A DNA stretch of 64,000 nucleotides from Acidimicrobiia bacterium (GTDB taxonomy: Bacteria > Actinomycetota > Acidimicrobiia > Spongiisociales > ZC4RG35): the NCBI GenBank assembly GCA_050329555.1, contig JBHJOQ010000007.1:211-64210 (forward strand), in the 5' to 3' direction. A program made the translations under genes and the position numbers. Below, in pieces: positions 1 through 8,646 of the stretch; position 1 is the first letter of the stretch, and every line of letters starts with the position of its first letter. The notes under the pieces are model-generated. The model was given only the letters and a program-made list of their open reading frames with translations, did no database searches and was not told where the DNA came from.

Positions 1-1184
1 ACCGGCCGGATCAGGTCACCCGCATAGCTGTCGAGGCTTGCGGCCACGTGCGCGACACGGCGTTCGCGATTGGCGTCAACGCCAGCACGCTGATAGCGAA
101 ACCAGCTTGCGCCGGCACGCCGACCGAAACGCCGACCCTTACGGGTTGGAGCCTTCTCATCAGGCGCGGGCGGCTGTTCGATTTCGGCCTCCGCAGTCAG
201 TTCTCTGAGCCGTTCTCCGACGTGAGCCGAAATCCCCAGCGCCACCTCCGACGGCTCACCGGTCAACTCCCCGGCGAGCCCTGAAAAGAACGCCGCCGCA
301 AGCCGGCCGCTTCCAACATGGTCCCCGGCGATAGCGAGGGCGGCGGCGGCCTCCCGGGCCTCCGCCCATCGCTTCTCGAAATCGGTCCCGGCGCCCCCCA
401 CGATCCGGACGAGCTCGGACACTGTCTCAGCCAGGTCGGCCATGAGCTTGGCCGGGACCGAGCTCGTCGCCATCGCCTCAACTCCGTCGCGCAGCTCATC
501 GATTCCGGACGGAGGGCCAATCGGTGGCCGGGCGGCGACCGGAAAGACAACGGGATCGGAAAACCCATCTTCGATCAGTGCCGTGCGAAAGTCGGCGATC
601 ACCGCTTCGACTTCGGCGGCCCGGAGCCGGTCGACCTGATTGAGGGCGAAGAGAAATCGTCCTTCGTGGGCCGCATACCGGCGAAGAAAGCCCCGGTGCA
701 GCGAATCGTCACGATACTTCTCGACGTCGACCACCCACACCACCGCATCGACACGGGGTAGCAGGTGCTCGACTACCAGGCGGTGGTCGGTTTCCACGCT
801 GTCGGTGTCAGGCAGGTCGATGAGGACGACACCTTCGGGCCGCTCGTGGCTGGCTCGATCCGAGGGGTCGAACCAGTGGAGATACCCGGCGATCTCGTTG
901 GACCGCCCTCCCGGCACCGAGATGAGCGGCTTCGATGTAGTGGGCCGGACCCCACCCACCTCTGCGGCGTCACTGTCGAGGAGTTGGTTGAACAACGATG
1001 ACTTGCCGGATCCGGTGCCCCCCGCCAGGGCCAAAACGGCCAAATCCTCCGGGTAGTCGATGCGATGTCGCAAGCGAAGGATCACACGTGCTGCGCGGTC
1101 CAGTTCGCCCGGGGGAACAACATTCAAAGCCGAGGCAAGGGTCCTGTCCGCCGAGTCGAGGATCCCGACCAGATTCTCATACAT
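1..1184 (-). CDS. P-loop GTPase (dynamin-like / YfjP-type), partial: 3' end runs off the window start
   Basis: Not in ORF track (no stop inside window). Own minus-strand translation from ATG at 1184: MYENLVGILDS...LALAGGTGSGKSSLFNQLL (Walker A), VVLIDLPDTDS (G3-like), FALNQVD (G4-like). Frame stays open to base 1. Confidence 0.7.
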   Translation of the reverse strand, partial: MYENLVGILDSADRTLASALNVVPPGELDRAARVILRLRHRIDYPEDLAVLALAGGTGSGKSSLFNQLLDSDAAEVGGVRPTTSKPLISVPGGRSNEIAGYLHWFDPSDRASHERPEGVVLIDLPDTDSVETDHRLVVEHLLPRVDAVVWVVDVEKYRDDSLHRGFLRRYAAHEGRFLFALNQVDRLRAAEVEAVIADFRTALIEDGFSDPVVFPVAARPPIGPPSGIDELRDGVEAMATSSVPAKLMADLAETVSELVRIVGGAGTDFEKRWAEAREAAAALAIAGDHVGSGRLAAAFFSGLAGELTGEPSEVALGISAHVGERLRELTAEAEIEQPPAPDEKAPTRKGRRFGRRAGASWFRYQRAGVDANRERRVAHVAASLDSYAGDLIRP

Positions 1185-1421
1185 CAAACTGTGTCCTGTC
1201 AGGTGGATTCGCTTGCTATTTCGGCGAGGGCAACCCGATGAAATCGGGTTGCAGGGAGTTTGAGCTGCTCAAACTCCAACGGATGAAATCCGCATTCTCG
1301 TTCCTGGCAATGACGCAGGACGCAGGCGCACCGGGCCGTTCGTCAAGGACGAGGACGCCGCCAGGGGCGATAAGGGCCGTTGAGATACGAGCACGATCTG
1401 CCGGACAGGGCACCAGGGATC

Positions 1422-2840
1422 TCATGCGCTCACAAGTGCGGATGCAGGCCGGATTCTGGCTCGCGCCCGCTGCAGTGTCGCCAGGATGCGGGCATGGTTC
1501 GCACCGTCGAGCACCTCATCGCCCAGCTCGGCATAGATCTTCCCGATACCGGCAAGCAGGCTGCGCGCGGATTCGGAGTAAGGTGTGCCCAACGCCGGGT
1601 CGGTGACCTCGAGGAACACCGAAATCGCAGTCTCGACCCTCCGACGCAGAGCAGCGGAGTTCAACGATTCCGACGGCTGATCCGAAGCGACCGATTCGAA
1701 CCATTCCGAAACCACTGAATCGATACGGTCGAGGTGAGGAATGGAATCACCGTCGGTTAGATCGATGACCAGACTTCCATTCTCCAACGCAAAGAGCCTG
1801 AGGTCTCTTTCGACAAGACTCACCACTTCCGCCTTGAGCTCCTCTGCAAGCGGTCCCAGTGAATGGCGGCGCCGCGGTGACCATCGACCGGGTAGCGACT
1901 GGAGGGATGCCTGCCAACGCGCGGCTCGCTCCCCGGGGTCGTACCCGGCGTAAAACAAGGTCTGTGGCGGCATCCGGCCCGTAACCCGCTCAACCCGGAC
2001 CATGTCGGCGTTGACTGCGTGCACGATCGACGACAGATCCGAGCGAACCGCAGCAAATGCTCGTTCCAGGCATTCGTATCGGTTCAAGTGGCCGACCTGG
2101 CCGATGACCTCGTCGCGCAGCAACTGGACTGCGGGCTCAGGCAGGAGACGATCATCGCCCAACCTGTATTCCGAAACAGTGATGATGCGAGGGGTCATCT
2201 TCGCCCCGCGCAAGCGGCGCCGGTAGTCGATGACAGCACCCGAGTTCTCGGGGGTGATCCGATTCAGGACATGGATCACGGGGATGCCGCGCTCGGTGAC
2301 CGACCTGAGCACCTCCCACGGCACGAGGTCTGCGTACCTGAGCGCCGACGCCACGAAAACCACCACGTCGGCGGCGGCCAGCACACCGAGCGCAGAACGA
2401 TGGTTGGTTACCTTCGTCGAATCGATATCGGGTGTATCGATGAGGGCGACGTCGTTGAGAAACGCCGCATCCCCCAGCTCGATGTCGAATTGCACATCAC
2501 CGAGGTCGACCGTGCCCGATCGGCGGCTGTCGCTGAACACGAGAGGTTTAACTGTCGTCGGGCGGAGGGAGCCGGACGGGCTGATGGTGCGCCCGGCGAT
2601 GCTGTTGATGATCGTGGACTTTCCGCTTCCCGTTGGCCCGGCGAACACCACGTTGAACGGGGCGCCGCGATTGGCCAGCCGGGGCTGAAGGTAGTTGCGA
2701 ATGGTCGCCACGATCCGATCGAGGTCCTGCTCCAGCGCCGGATCGCTCCATCCGCCGTCGGGCTCGAGCAACTCCTCGAGTTCGTCGGCCACATCCTGGA
2801 CGAGACCGGGGCGGGGCAGCCTTCGACTATTCGATGTCAT
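1422..2840 (-). CDS. P-loop GTPase (dynamin-like / YfjP-type), paralogous to the downstream gene
   Basis: 472-aa ORF. Walker A FAGPTGSGKSTIINSIAG, G3-like ALIDTPDIDS, LNRI G4-like, long helical C-terminal half. Confidence 0.8.
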   Translation of the reverse strand: MTSNSRRLPRPGLVQDVADELEELLEPDGGWSDPALEQDLDRIVATIRNYLQPRLANRGAPFNVVFAGPTGSGKSTIINSIAGRTISPSGSLRPTTVKPLVFSDSRRSGTVDLGDVQFDIELGDAAFLNDVALIDTPDIDSTKVTNHRSALGVLAAADVVVFVASALRYADLVPWEVLRSVTERGIPVIHVLNRITPENSGAVIDYRRRLRGAKMTPRIITVSEYRLGDDRLLPEPAVQLLRDEVIGQVGHLNRYECLERAFAAVRSDLSSIVHAVNADMVRVERVTGRMPPQTLFYAGYDPGERAARWQASLQSLPGRWSPRRRHSLGPLAEELKAEVVSLVERDLRLFALENGSLVIDLTDGDSIPHLDRIDSVVSEWFESVASDQPSESLNSAALRRRVETAISVFLEVTDPALGTPYSESARSLLAGIGKIYAELGDEVLDGANHARILATLQRARARIRPASALVSA

Positions 2841-2876
2841 GCCTCAATTGTGGCACGACAGGTGTCGGTATCCGCG

Positions 2877-3758
2877 TCAGCCGGTCCAACCATTCTCCGG
2901 CTTGTCGAACCAGACATGGACCTGGCCGGTCCCGGTCGCGTTCTCATAATCGGAGAACATCTCTCCCCTGGCGACGCAATCACGGCCGCCGATTGCGCCC
3001 AGCATCATCAAGTAGTGCCCGAAGTCACCTTCGGGGGCGTGGTCGAAGTAGTCCTCCATCGTGTCCACGATCCGGGCGTGGTCGCCGGCTTTCATCCACT
3101 CGAGGCGGTCCTCGTCAGCTGCACGCGCCTCGGGGGTGATGATGTGGATCGGATCGGATGCCTCGTGTTTGGTGATCTGTTTGAGCGGCCAGAAGGTGTG
3201 GCTCATCCCTCCGGAGGCGAGGACGACTGCCCGGCGGTCGAGGCGCTCGACTGCTTCTCTGATCGCCTCGCCCATGGTCATGAAGTCGTCGGTCTCACCG
3301 GTCTGGACCAGGGACACCGAGACCACCTTCTCGTCGCTGCGGAGGTAATGGACGAGGTTGATCGTCGCGTAGTAGAGCGGGAGGTGGGGGTCGGCGGAGG
3401 CATGGGTCGGGGTTCCGAGCCGATCGCCGAGCGCCGCGGCGGTGCGGGCAAACTCGGGATCGCCCGGGTAGTCGTATTCGATCTGCGACATGCCGCGGGG
3501 CAACTCCGAAGAAGTAAAGGTCCCTTTCTGGTGCTCCTGGGCGGTGAGGATGTGCTCGACCGTCGATGCCCAGTGCGAGTCGATGATGACGATGAGGTCG
3601 GGCTGGAGCCTGGTGAACACCTCGGACTTGAGCCGGTTCAGGCCGGGGACCAGTGAGATTTCCTTGCCGTCGTTCAGCTCTTTGCGGGTGGCCTCGTCGA
3701 ACATGATGGTTGGTGCGTGACTGATGAGTCCGGCACCGACTATTTCGCCCATCGTCAT
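2877..3758 (-). CDS. hpaD: 3,4-dihydroxyphenylacetate (homoprotocatechuate) 2,3-dioxygenase, LigB/class III extradiol type
   Basis: 293 aa, collinear with E. coli HpaD/HpcB as I recall it: ISHAPTI, DLIVIIDSHW, FTSSELP..YDYPGDPE, VVLASGGMSHTF, GHYLMMLGAIG, ATGTGQVHVWF. Confidence 0.85.
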   Translation of the reverse strand: MTMGEIVGAGLISHAPTIMFDEATRKELNDGKEISLVPGLNRLKSEVFTRLQPDLIVIIDSHWASTVEHILTAQEHQKGTFTSSELPRGMSQIEYDYPGDPEFARTAAALGDRLGTPTHASADPHLPLYYATINLVHYLRSDEKVVSVSLVQTGETDDFMTMGEAIREAVERLDRRAVVLASGGMSHTFWPLKQITKHEASDPIHIITPEARAADEDRLEWMKAGDHARIVDTMEDYFDHAPEGDFGHYLMMLGAIGGRDCVARGEMFSDYENATGTGQVHVWFDKPENGWTG

Positions 3759-3779
3759 CTCCTGTGGGGTCGTCGGACT

Positions 3780-3797
3780 TCGTTAGGAAGCTAACGA
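3780..3797. promoter_or_regulatory. Perfect 7-4-7 inverted repeat TCGTTAG-gaag-CTAACGA upstream of hpaD; candidate MarR/HpaR-type operator
   Basis: Read directly in the 43-nt gap between the hpaD start (3758) and the MarR stop (3802). The half-site GCTAACGA recurs at 4387-4394 in the marR/ALDH divergent spacer. Confidence 0.4.
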
Positions 3798-3801
3798 GAT
3801 T

Positions 3802-4347
3802 CTACCGGGGAGTGTCATCTCCCGCCACGAGTGGCTGATCCGAAGCTGTGGCGGTGACGATACGGAGCAGCCGCGCCATCTCGTGCACCTCCTCGGCGTC
3901 GAGACTGTCGGTGAACATCGCCTCGTGTTTGTTGAACTCGGGGAAGACCCTTTCGATGGACTTCCGGCCCTCGTCGAGAAGGTCGACGAGCACCCGTCGC
4001 CCGTCGTCGGGGTGCCGGGAACGCTCCACCAGCCCGGCCTTCTCCAGGGTTGCCAGCATCCCGCTGAGGGTGCCCTTGGCCAGCCCGCAGTCGTCGGCCA
4101 GTTCGTTGGTCTCGCGGTTTCCCCAAACCCAGAGGACGAAGAGAATCGTGAACCCGCCCCAGCTCAAGCCCTCCGGTCCGAGCACATCTCGTTCCATCCG
4201 GTTCCGGACCGCATTGGCCGCCCGGTAGATGTTGGACACTGCCAGCATCGCCTCGAAATCGAATGACCTCCCGTCGAGGCGGGTACGGATGACCCGCTCC
4301 GCTTCGAGGAGTTCCTCGGGATCGTGCTGGCTCAGGGGTACGGGCAT
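3802..4347 (-). CDS. MarR-family transcriptional regulator (HpaR-like by context)
   Basis: Winged helix ELADDCGLAKGTLSGMLATLEKAGLVERSRHPDDGRRVLVDL. Start moved to MPVPLSQ (ATG 4347) because the 4464 start would overlap the divergent ALDH gene. Confidence 0.8.
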   Translation of the reverse strand: MPVPLSQHDPEELLEAERVIRTRLDGRSFDFEAMLAVSNIYRAANAVRNRMERDVLGPEGLSWGGFTILFVLWVWGNRETNELADDCGLAKGTLSGMLATLEKAGLVERSRHPDDGRRVLVDLLDEGRKSIERVFPEFNKHEAMFTDSLDAEEVHEMARLLRIVTATASDQPLVAGDDTPR

Positions 4348-4413
4348 GGCTCTCTTTGTCGTGTGCGGGCAGTTTATCCTTGGCTTGCTAACGACTTCGA
4401 AAACAAGGGCCCG

Positions 4414-5877
4414 ATGCCTTCCACCCGCGCCGAAATATCTCAATACGCAATCTCCCCCGACCACTACATCGACGGGAAGCGGGTCGAGTCGGAGAACACC
4501 TTTGAAGTGCGATCACCTCTCGACTGGGACTGGAAGCTGGCCGATGTCGCCCGCGGCGATCCGCTGATCGCTGACAGGGCGGTGTCCGCCGCAGTGGCTG
4601 CGTTCCCGGCTTGGGCAGCCCTCGGCGTCGAGGAGCGGGGCGTATATCTCCACAGGCTTGCCGACCTCATCGACGAGAACGTCGAGATGATCGCCGCCAT
4701 CGAGTGTGTCGACATGGCGATGCTCCTCGAAAGTCTCGAAGCCCGGGTCATCCACCGAGGTGCGGAGAACTTCCGCAACTACGCCGACCTCGCCGCGGGC
4801 CATGTCGAGCGGAAATGGTCGTCGAAGGGCACCAACAACACGGTGCAACGGATGCCGGCCGGGCCGGCGGTGATCATCACACCGTGGAACGCACCGTGGC
4901 TGCTCTCGACGTGGAAGATCGCACCAGCCCTCGCTGCCGGTAACACCGTGATCCTCAAGCCGGCCGAGTGGGCTCCTCTCTCGGCATCACTTCTCGCGGA
5001 CCTCGCCGCCGAGGCGAAGATCCCGCCCGGGGTGCTCAACATCGTCCAGGGAATCGGCGACGAAGTCGGCGCTGCCCTGGTCGGCGACAAGAGGGTGCGC
5101 CGGATCAGCTTCACCGGTTCACCCGAGACTGCGGTCCATATCGGAGATGCCGCGGCCCGCAACGTCACTCCGTTCACCGCCGAACTGGGCGGCAAAGGCC
5201 CCTTCCTGGTGTTCGCCGACGCCGACCTCGATGCCGCCGCTCAGAAGGCCGCCGGCCAGTTCGACGACGCCGGCCAGGTCTGTCTCGCCGGGACGCGGCT
5301 GCTTGTCGAGGAGTCGGTCAGCAAAGAGTTCTACGAGCGATTCGCCGCCTACACCGACAAACACGTCCTCGGCGACAGCCGGTCAGGGGCGACGACGATT
5401 TCCCCATTGATCCACCCCGAGCACCTGCGGCGGGTCGAGGGTTTCGTGGAACGGGCACGGGAGAACGGCGACCGGATCCTCCGAGGCGGGCAACGCCACG
5501 GTGAAGACGGGCTCTGGTACGATCCGACAGTCATCGCCCCCGCATCCAACCACTCCGAGATCGTCCAGCGCGAGGTGTTTGGTCCGGTCCTCACCTACCA
5601 GACCTTCAAGGACGAGGCGGATGCCATCGACCTGGCCAACTCGACGAGATACGGCTTATCCGCGATCGTCTACACAGGTTCGGCCGACCGCGCCGACCGG
5701 GTGGGACGGGCCATCCGCGCCGGGACCGTCTGGGTCAACACCTTCCTGGTCCGTGACCTGACCGCCCCCTTCGGCGGTTGCCGCCTCTCAGGCATAGGAC
5801 GTGAAGGTGGCGACTACGCCCTCGACTTCCACTCCGACCTGAAAACCCTCCAAATCAGCGAAGGTACAGTGCGGTAG
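4414..5877 (+). CDS. hpaE: NAD-dependent aldehyde dehydrogenase, 5-carboxymethyl-2-hydroxymuconate semialdehyde dehydrogenase-like
   Basis: FTGSPETA, ELGGKGPFLVF, catalytic Cys in GQVCLAGTRLLV, C-terminal VNT..VRDL..PFGG..SGIGREGG as in HpaE-type ALDHs. Start set at MPSTRAEISQY (4414). Confidence 0.85.
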   Translation: MPSTRAEISQYAISPDHYIDGKRVESENTFEVRSPLDWDWKLADVARGDPLIADRAVSAAVAAFPAWAALGVEERGVYLHRLADLIDENVEMIAAIECVDMAMLLESLEARVIHRGAENFRNYADLAAGHVERKWSSKGTNNTVQRMPAGPAVIITPWNAPWLLSTWKIAPALAAGNTVILKPAEWAPLSASLLADLAAEAKIPPGVLNIVQGIGDEVGAALVGDKRVRRISFTGSPETAVHIGDAAARNVTPFTAELGGKGPFLVFADADLDAAAQKAAGQFDDAGQVCLAGTRLLVEESVSKEFYERFAAYTDKHVLGDSRSGATTISPLIHPEHLRRVEGFVERARENGDRILRGGQRHGEDGLWYDPTVIAPASNHSEIVQREVFGPVLTYQTFKDEADAIDLANSTRYGLSAIVYTGSADRADRVGRAIRAGTVWVNTFLVRDLTAPFGGCRLSGIGREGGDYALDFHSDLKTLQISEGTVR

Positions 5878-5878
5878 G
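5818..5878 (+). repeat. Direct repeat copy A: last 19 codons plus stop of the ALDH gene
   Basis: 61 nt aligned by hand to 6119-6179, 56/61 identical. Confidence 0.85.
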
Positions 5879-6118
5879 CACCGGAACGGTTGTGCGCGAG
5901 CTAAGTGGGTAGCGCCATTACCCAGCGGTTGCGGCTGGCTGCCACGTGGTCCGACCCTTGCTCCCATTTGTCAGCGTGTCCGTCGGCGACCAGTCGTTGG
6001 TAGCGGCTGTCACCTTCTAGAGCATTCGATCGGAGCATGTCCGCATGATGTCGCGTTCGTTCGACCACAACACCGAGAAGGTAAGGGCGATCGGCGATGT
6101 CTAGCTCTGCCCCATCAC

Positions 6119-6179
6119 GCCCTCGCCTTCCACTCCGACCTGAAGACCCTCCAGATCAGCGAAGGCTCAGTGCGGTAGG
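6119..6179 (+). repeat. Direct repeat copy B: orphan duplicate of an ALDH 3' end (gene-end relic)
   Basis: Reads ALAFHSDLKTLQISEGSVR-stop in frame. 3 of 5 differences from copy A are synonymous third-position changes. No ALDH body lies upstream of it. Confidence 0.8.
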
Positions 6180-6339
6180 GCCGAGGATCCGCCTGTACCC
6201 GCCCCATAAGTGCCGATCCCGACTGTCCCGGATCCGGCCATCTTTGGACGCTCCATGTGTCATATCGGTAGTCGAAGGAGACGGCAGTTTTCTGTCGCGC
6301 CTAGGCATGAGCGGGTTCGCTCGGAATGACAGCCCTGTG

Positions 6340-6654
6340 TTACTCGAACGGTGGCTGGAGCTGACCGCTCTCGATCGCCTCGGACAGCTCCGTCACGCTC
6401 GAGGCTGCATCCTCCCTATTCCTGACGAGCCGCGTTAAGAGCGGACCTGACTTGGTGTCAACTTGGCGAACTGTGACGATCCACTCCTCTCCTCGTGTCC
6501 GGCGGACAACCGACCAGAGCAGCGCGGTCGCATCGAGCAACACCGATCCCGTACCAAGCTTCCAGTCCTTGGCCATCCCGACGACTTCGTATCGAATTCC
6601 ATCCGGTGCATTGACGACACGGCGAACGTCACCGTTCATAACTCGACACCTCAT
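6340..6654 (-). CDS. Hypothetical small protein (orphan, island-borne)
   Basis: 104-aa ORF in a visibly lower-GC stretch. No motif recognised. Divergent from the 6708 gene. Start could also be the internal MNGDV. Confidence 0.4.
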   Translation of the reverse strand: MRCRVMNGDVRRVVNAPDGIRYEVVGMAKDWKLGTGSVLLDATALLWSVVRRTRGEEWIVTVRQVDTKSGPLLTRLVRNREDAASSVTELSEAIESGQLQPPFE

Positions 6655-6707
6655 ATCATTCCGGACGGCTCACCAAGAGTATTCGTCGAAAGGATGGTGC
6701 GGCCACG

Positions 6708-6968
6708 ATGAAGCAGCAAACAGAACTACCCGATATCAAATCGTCGAAAGTCACGGAGCGGATAAACGCAACCGCCTTCGCGTTGCTCGACAAGCATCCG
6801 GAGGGTCTGAGCTGGACTGACTTGCGAACCAGGATCGAGGAGTCGGACCCCAAATTTCACCCGAAAACGGTGAACGGATGTGTCTGGAAACTTGTCGAGA
6901 GATATCCGGACCGGGTCTACAAGCCATCCAAAGGGCTCTTCCGTTTGCTCAAACACATGCCCGGCTAG
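6708..6968 (+). CDS. Stand-alone winged-helix protein (Mrr_N / HARE-HTH-like)
   Basis: 86 aa. The pattern AFALLDKHPEGLSWTDLRTRIEE...VNGCVWKLVERYPDRVYKPSKGLFRL matches the layout of Mrr N-terminal / HARE-HTH winged helices (recognised by eye). Confidence 0.55.
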   Translation: MKQQTELPDIKSSKVTERINATAFALLDKHPEGLSWTDLRTRIEESDPKFHPKTVNGCVWKLVERYPDRVYKPSKGLFRLLKHMPG

Positions 6969-6993
6969 GCAAGTTTCTTGAATTTTCTTGCCT
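6967..6993 (+). terminator. Hairpin AGGCAAG-N13-CTTGCCT overlapping the stop codon of the winged-helix gene
   Basis: 7-bp stem read directly, in A/T-rich context. The TTG start at 6988 proposed by the ORF track for the next gene lies inside this hairpin. Confidence 0.35.
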
Positions 6994-7032
6994 GCTCGGT
7001 TTCCGAGAGGGTTTCTGTCATACCTGGTTTGT

Positions 7033-8214
7033 ATGTTGTTGGGTATGAGACGGGAAGAGGTTCCCGCTAGGTCTCTTCCCCGCCAGCGGATACAACCAGA
7101 CCAAGCAGCAGCCGAGTCGACCGACACTCTGGCTTCTTGGCTGGTCGGGATCGAAACCGACATCTCAAGGTTGGAACAGAACCGGGTGGTGGTCCTCTCC
7201 GAGTTCGATTCCCGGGACGGTCACAACGTTTACGGCCACCCCTCCACCATTTCGTTCCTCAAAGAAGCCTGCCGGATGTCCGGAAGCAGGGCGAAACGAC
7301 TGGTCCGTAACGCCCGAGCCGCAGCCAAACATGCCGCAACCATGGCGGCATGGCGGTACGGACAACTCTCTGCTGACCAGGCGCAACAACTATTCGACAT
7401 CTCCTATCAAATCCCCGACCGGTATGAAGCGGCGGAACAGGTGCTGATCGACATCGCCGGAGAAACACCCGACGAGACCCGCCAGACCCTGGACTACTGG
7501 AAGAACACCGTCGACCCCACAGGTGTCCACCTGGAACTGGACAACCAGTTGCAACGACGCAGCTTCGAACTGTCCACTATGGCCAACGGGATGATCACCG
7601 GACGCTTCATCATGACCGGGCTGGCCGGAGAAACCTTGAAAACCGCGATCACCAGCCTCCTCCCACCACCAGCAGCCACCGACACCCGGACCGCGACCCA
7701 ACGCCGCCACGACGCCCTAGAAGACCTCGCGGTGAGCTTCCTCGAAACCACCACCACCACCAGCGGCGGAGAAAAACCCCACCTCAACATCCACGTCGAC
7801 TTAGACGCCCTCCAAGCCGAACCCGGAGGACTCCACGAAACCACCAACGGACACGTCCTCCCCGTCGAAACCATCCGCCAAATCTCCTGTGACTGCTCGC
7901 TGACCCGAATCGTGTTCGGCTCCGACTCCGAAATCATCGACCTCGGACGCAAAACCCGGGTGATCACCCCAGCCCAACGCCGGGCCGTCATCGCCCGAGA
8001 CCGCCACTGCACCTGGAGCGGATGCCGCCGACCCGCCGCCTGGTGCGACATCCACCACATCATCCACTGGGCCGACGGAGGCCAAACAATCCTAGGAAAC
8101 CTCACCCTCCTCTGCCGCTACCACCACACCCTCACCCACCAACACGACGCAGCCAAAAGACTCGAACAAGCCATCAAGGAGCAGCCCGCCACCACGGGCC
8201 ACACCAAACCCTAG
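7033..8214 (+). CDS. DUF222 / HNH endonuclease (mycobacterial 13E12-repeat-type protein)
   Basis: C-terminal HNH: RRAVIARDRHCTWSGCRRPAAWCDIHHIIHWADGGQTILGNLTLLCRYHHTLTH. N-terminal DUF222-like helical region. Start set at ATG 7033 (MLLGMRREE). Confidence 0.85.
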   Translation: MLLGMRREEVPARSLPRQRIQPDQAAAESTDTLASWLVGIETDISRLEQNRVVVLSEFDSRDGHNVYGHPSTISFLKEACRMSGSRAKRLVRNARAAAKHAATMAAWRYGQLSADQAQQLFDISYQIPDRYEAAEQVLIDIAGETPDETRQTLDYWKNTVDPTGVHLELDNQLQRRSFELSTMANGMITGRFIMTGLAGETLKTAITSLLPPPAATDTRTATQRRHDALEDLAVSFLETTTTTSGGEKPHLNIHVDLDALQAEPGGLHETTNGHVLPVETIRQISCDCSLTRIVFGSDSEIIDLGRKTRVITPAQRRAVIARDRHCTWSGCRRPAAWCDIHHIIHWADGGQTILGNLTLLCRYHHTLTHQHDAAKRLEQAIKEQPATTGHTKP

Positions 8215-8288
8215 GGGAGACCCCTCCCCCACCGCTCGGACAGAACCCTGAAACCGACAGACCCACATACGCGGAAATTCCCCACCGA

Positions 8289-8312
8289 GAGCCTCCCCCG
8301 TTGAACCGGTCA
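8289..8312. repeat. IS3 left inverted repeat GAGCCTCCCCCGTTGAACCGGTCA
   Basis: Matches the reverse complement of 9546-9569 at about 18/24 positions by hand alignment. Confidence 0.7.
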
Positions 8313-8331
8313 TCTTCTGAAGGAGGTAATC

Positions 8332-8646
8332 ATGTCAACGATGGAGAAACAGAACACGCCAAGTACACGGCGGGTGTTCACTGAGGAGTTCAAGGCCGAC
8401 GCGGTGGCGATGGTGCTCGATGATGGTCGCAAGATCGTCGACGTTGCTGACGCGATCGGTGTCGGCGATGGCACGCTTGGTAACTGGGTCCGATTGGAGA
8501 GGATCGAGCGCGGTGAACGCGCTGGGTTGACCCGCGACGACCGTGCCGAGCTGGTCGAGCTTCGCAAGGAGAACACCCGGTTGCGGATGGAACGAGATCT
8601 ACTCAAACGAGCGACGGCCTTCTGGGTGAAGGAGTCGGGACAGTGA
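8332..8646 (+). CDS. IS3-family transposase OrfA (HTH plus leucine-zipper)
   Basis: 104 aa, FTEEFKADAVAMV...GTLGNWV...ELRKENTRLRMERDLLKRATAFW. SD GAAGGAGG lies upstream. Confidence 0.9.
   Translation: MSTMEKQNTPSTRRVFTEEFKADAVAMVLDDGRKIVDVADAIGVGDGTLGNWVRLERIERGERAGLTRDDRAELVELRKENTRLRMERDLLKRATAFWVKESGQ

Noticed and set aside
2019-3656. Long antisense ORFs: 2019-3656 (+), 11645-12718 (+), 20732-22492 (+), 46351-47493 (+), 48856-50409 (+), 54978-56477 (+), 62704-63996 (-) and many shorter ones
   Set aside because: Each lies opposite a gene with clear family motifs (GTPase/hpaD, GS-like, pyk, ppx/DUF501, mazG, SDR/PgsA-like, esterase/alkA). Their translations are Arg/Pro/Gly-rich with no recognisable motifs. 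This is the usual stop-codon-poor antisense artefact of high-GC DNA.
5879-6118. Minus-strand reading frame between the two ALDH-end repeats (...LDIADRPYLLGVVVERTRHHADMLRSNALEGDSRYQRLVADGHADKWEQGSDHV...), possible toxin or HEPN-like gene fragment
   Set aside because: There is no plausible start codon giving more than about 50 aa, no ribosome-binding site, and only a vague R-x-x-H-H resemblance. I cannot support it as a gene or pseudogene from sequence alone.
6988-7032. TTG start at 6988 for the HNH gene, as given by the ORF track
   Set aside because: The TTG lies inside the hairpin that follows the upstream gene, and the first 15 codons are A/T-rich with no DUF222 similarity. ATG 7033 is preferred, though this is not proven.
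8560-8646. Programmed -1 frameshift site of the IS3 element
   Set aside because: The frame relationship is right, but I could not find a canonical X-XXY-YYZ heptamer (no A-AAA-AAG). CTC-AAA-CGA at 8602-8610 is the nearest and is not convincing. The site is therefore not annotated as a feature.
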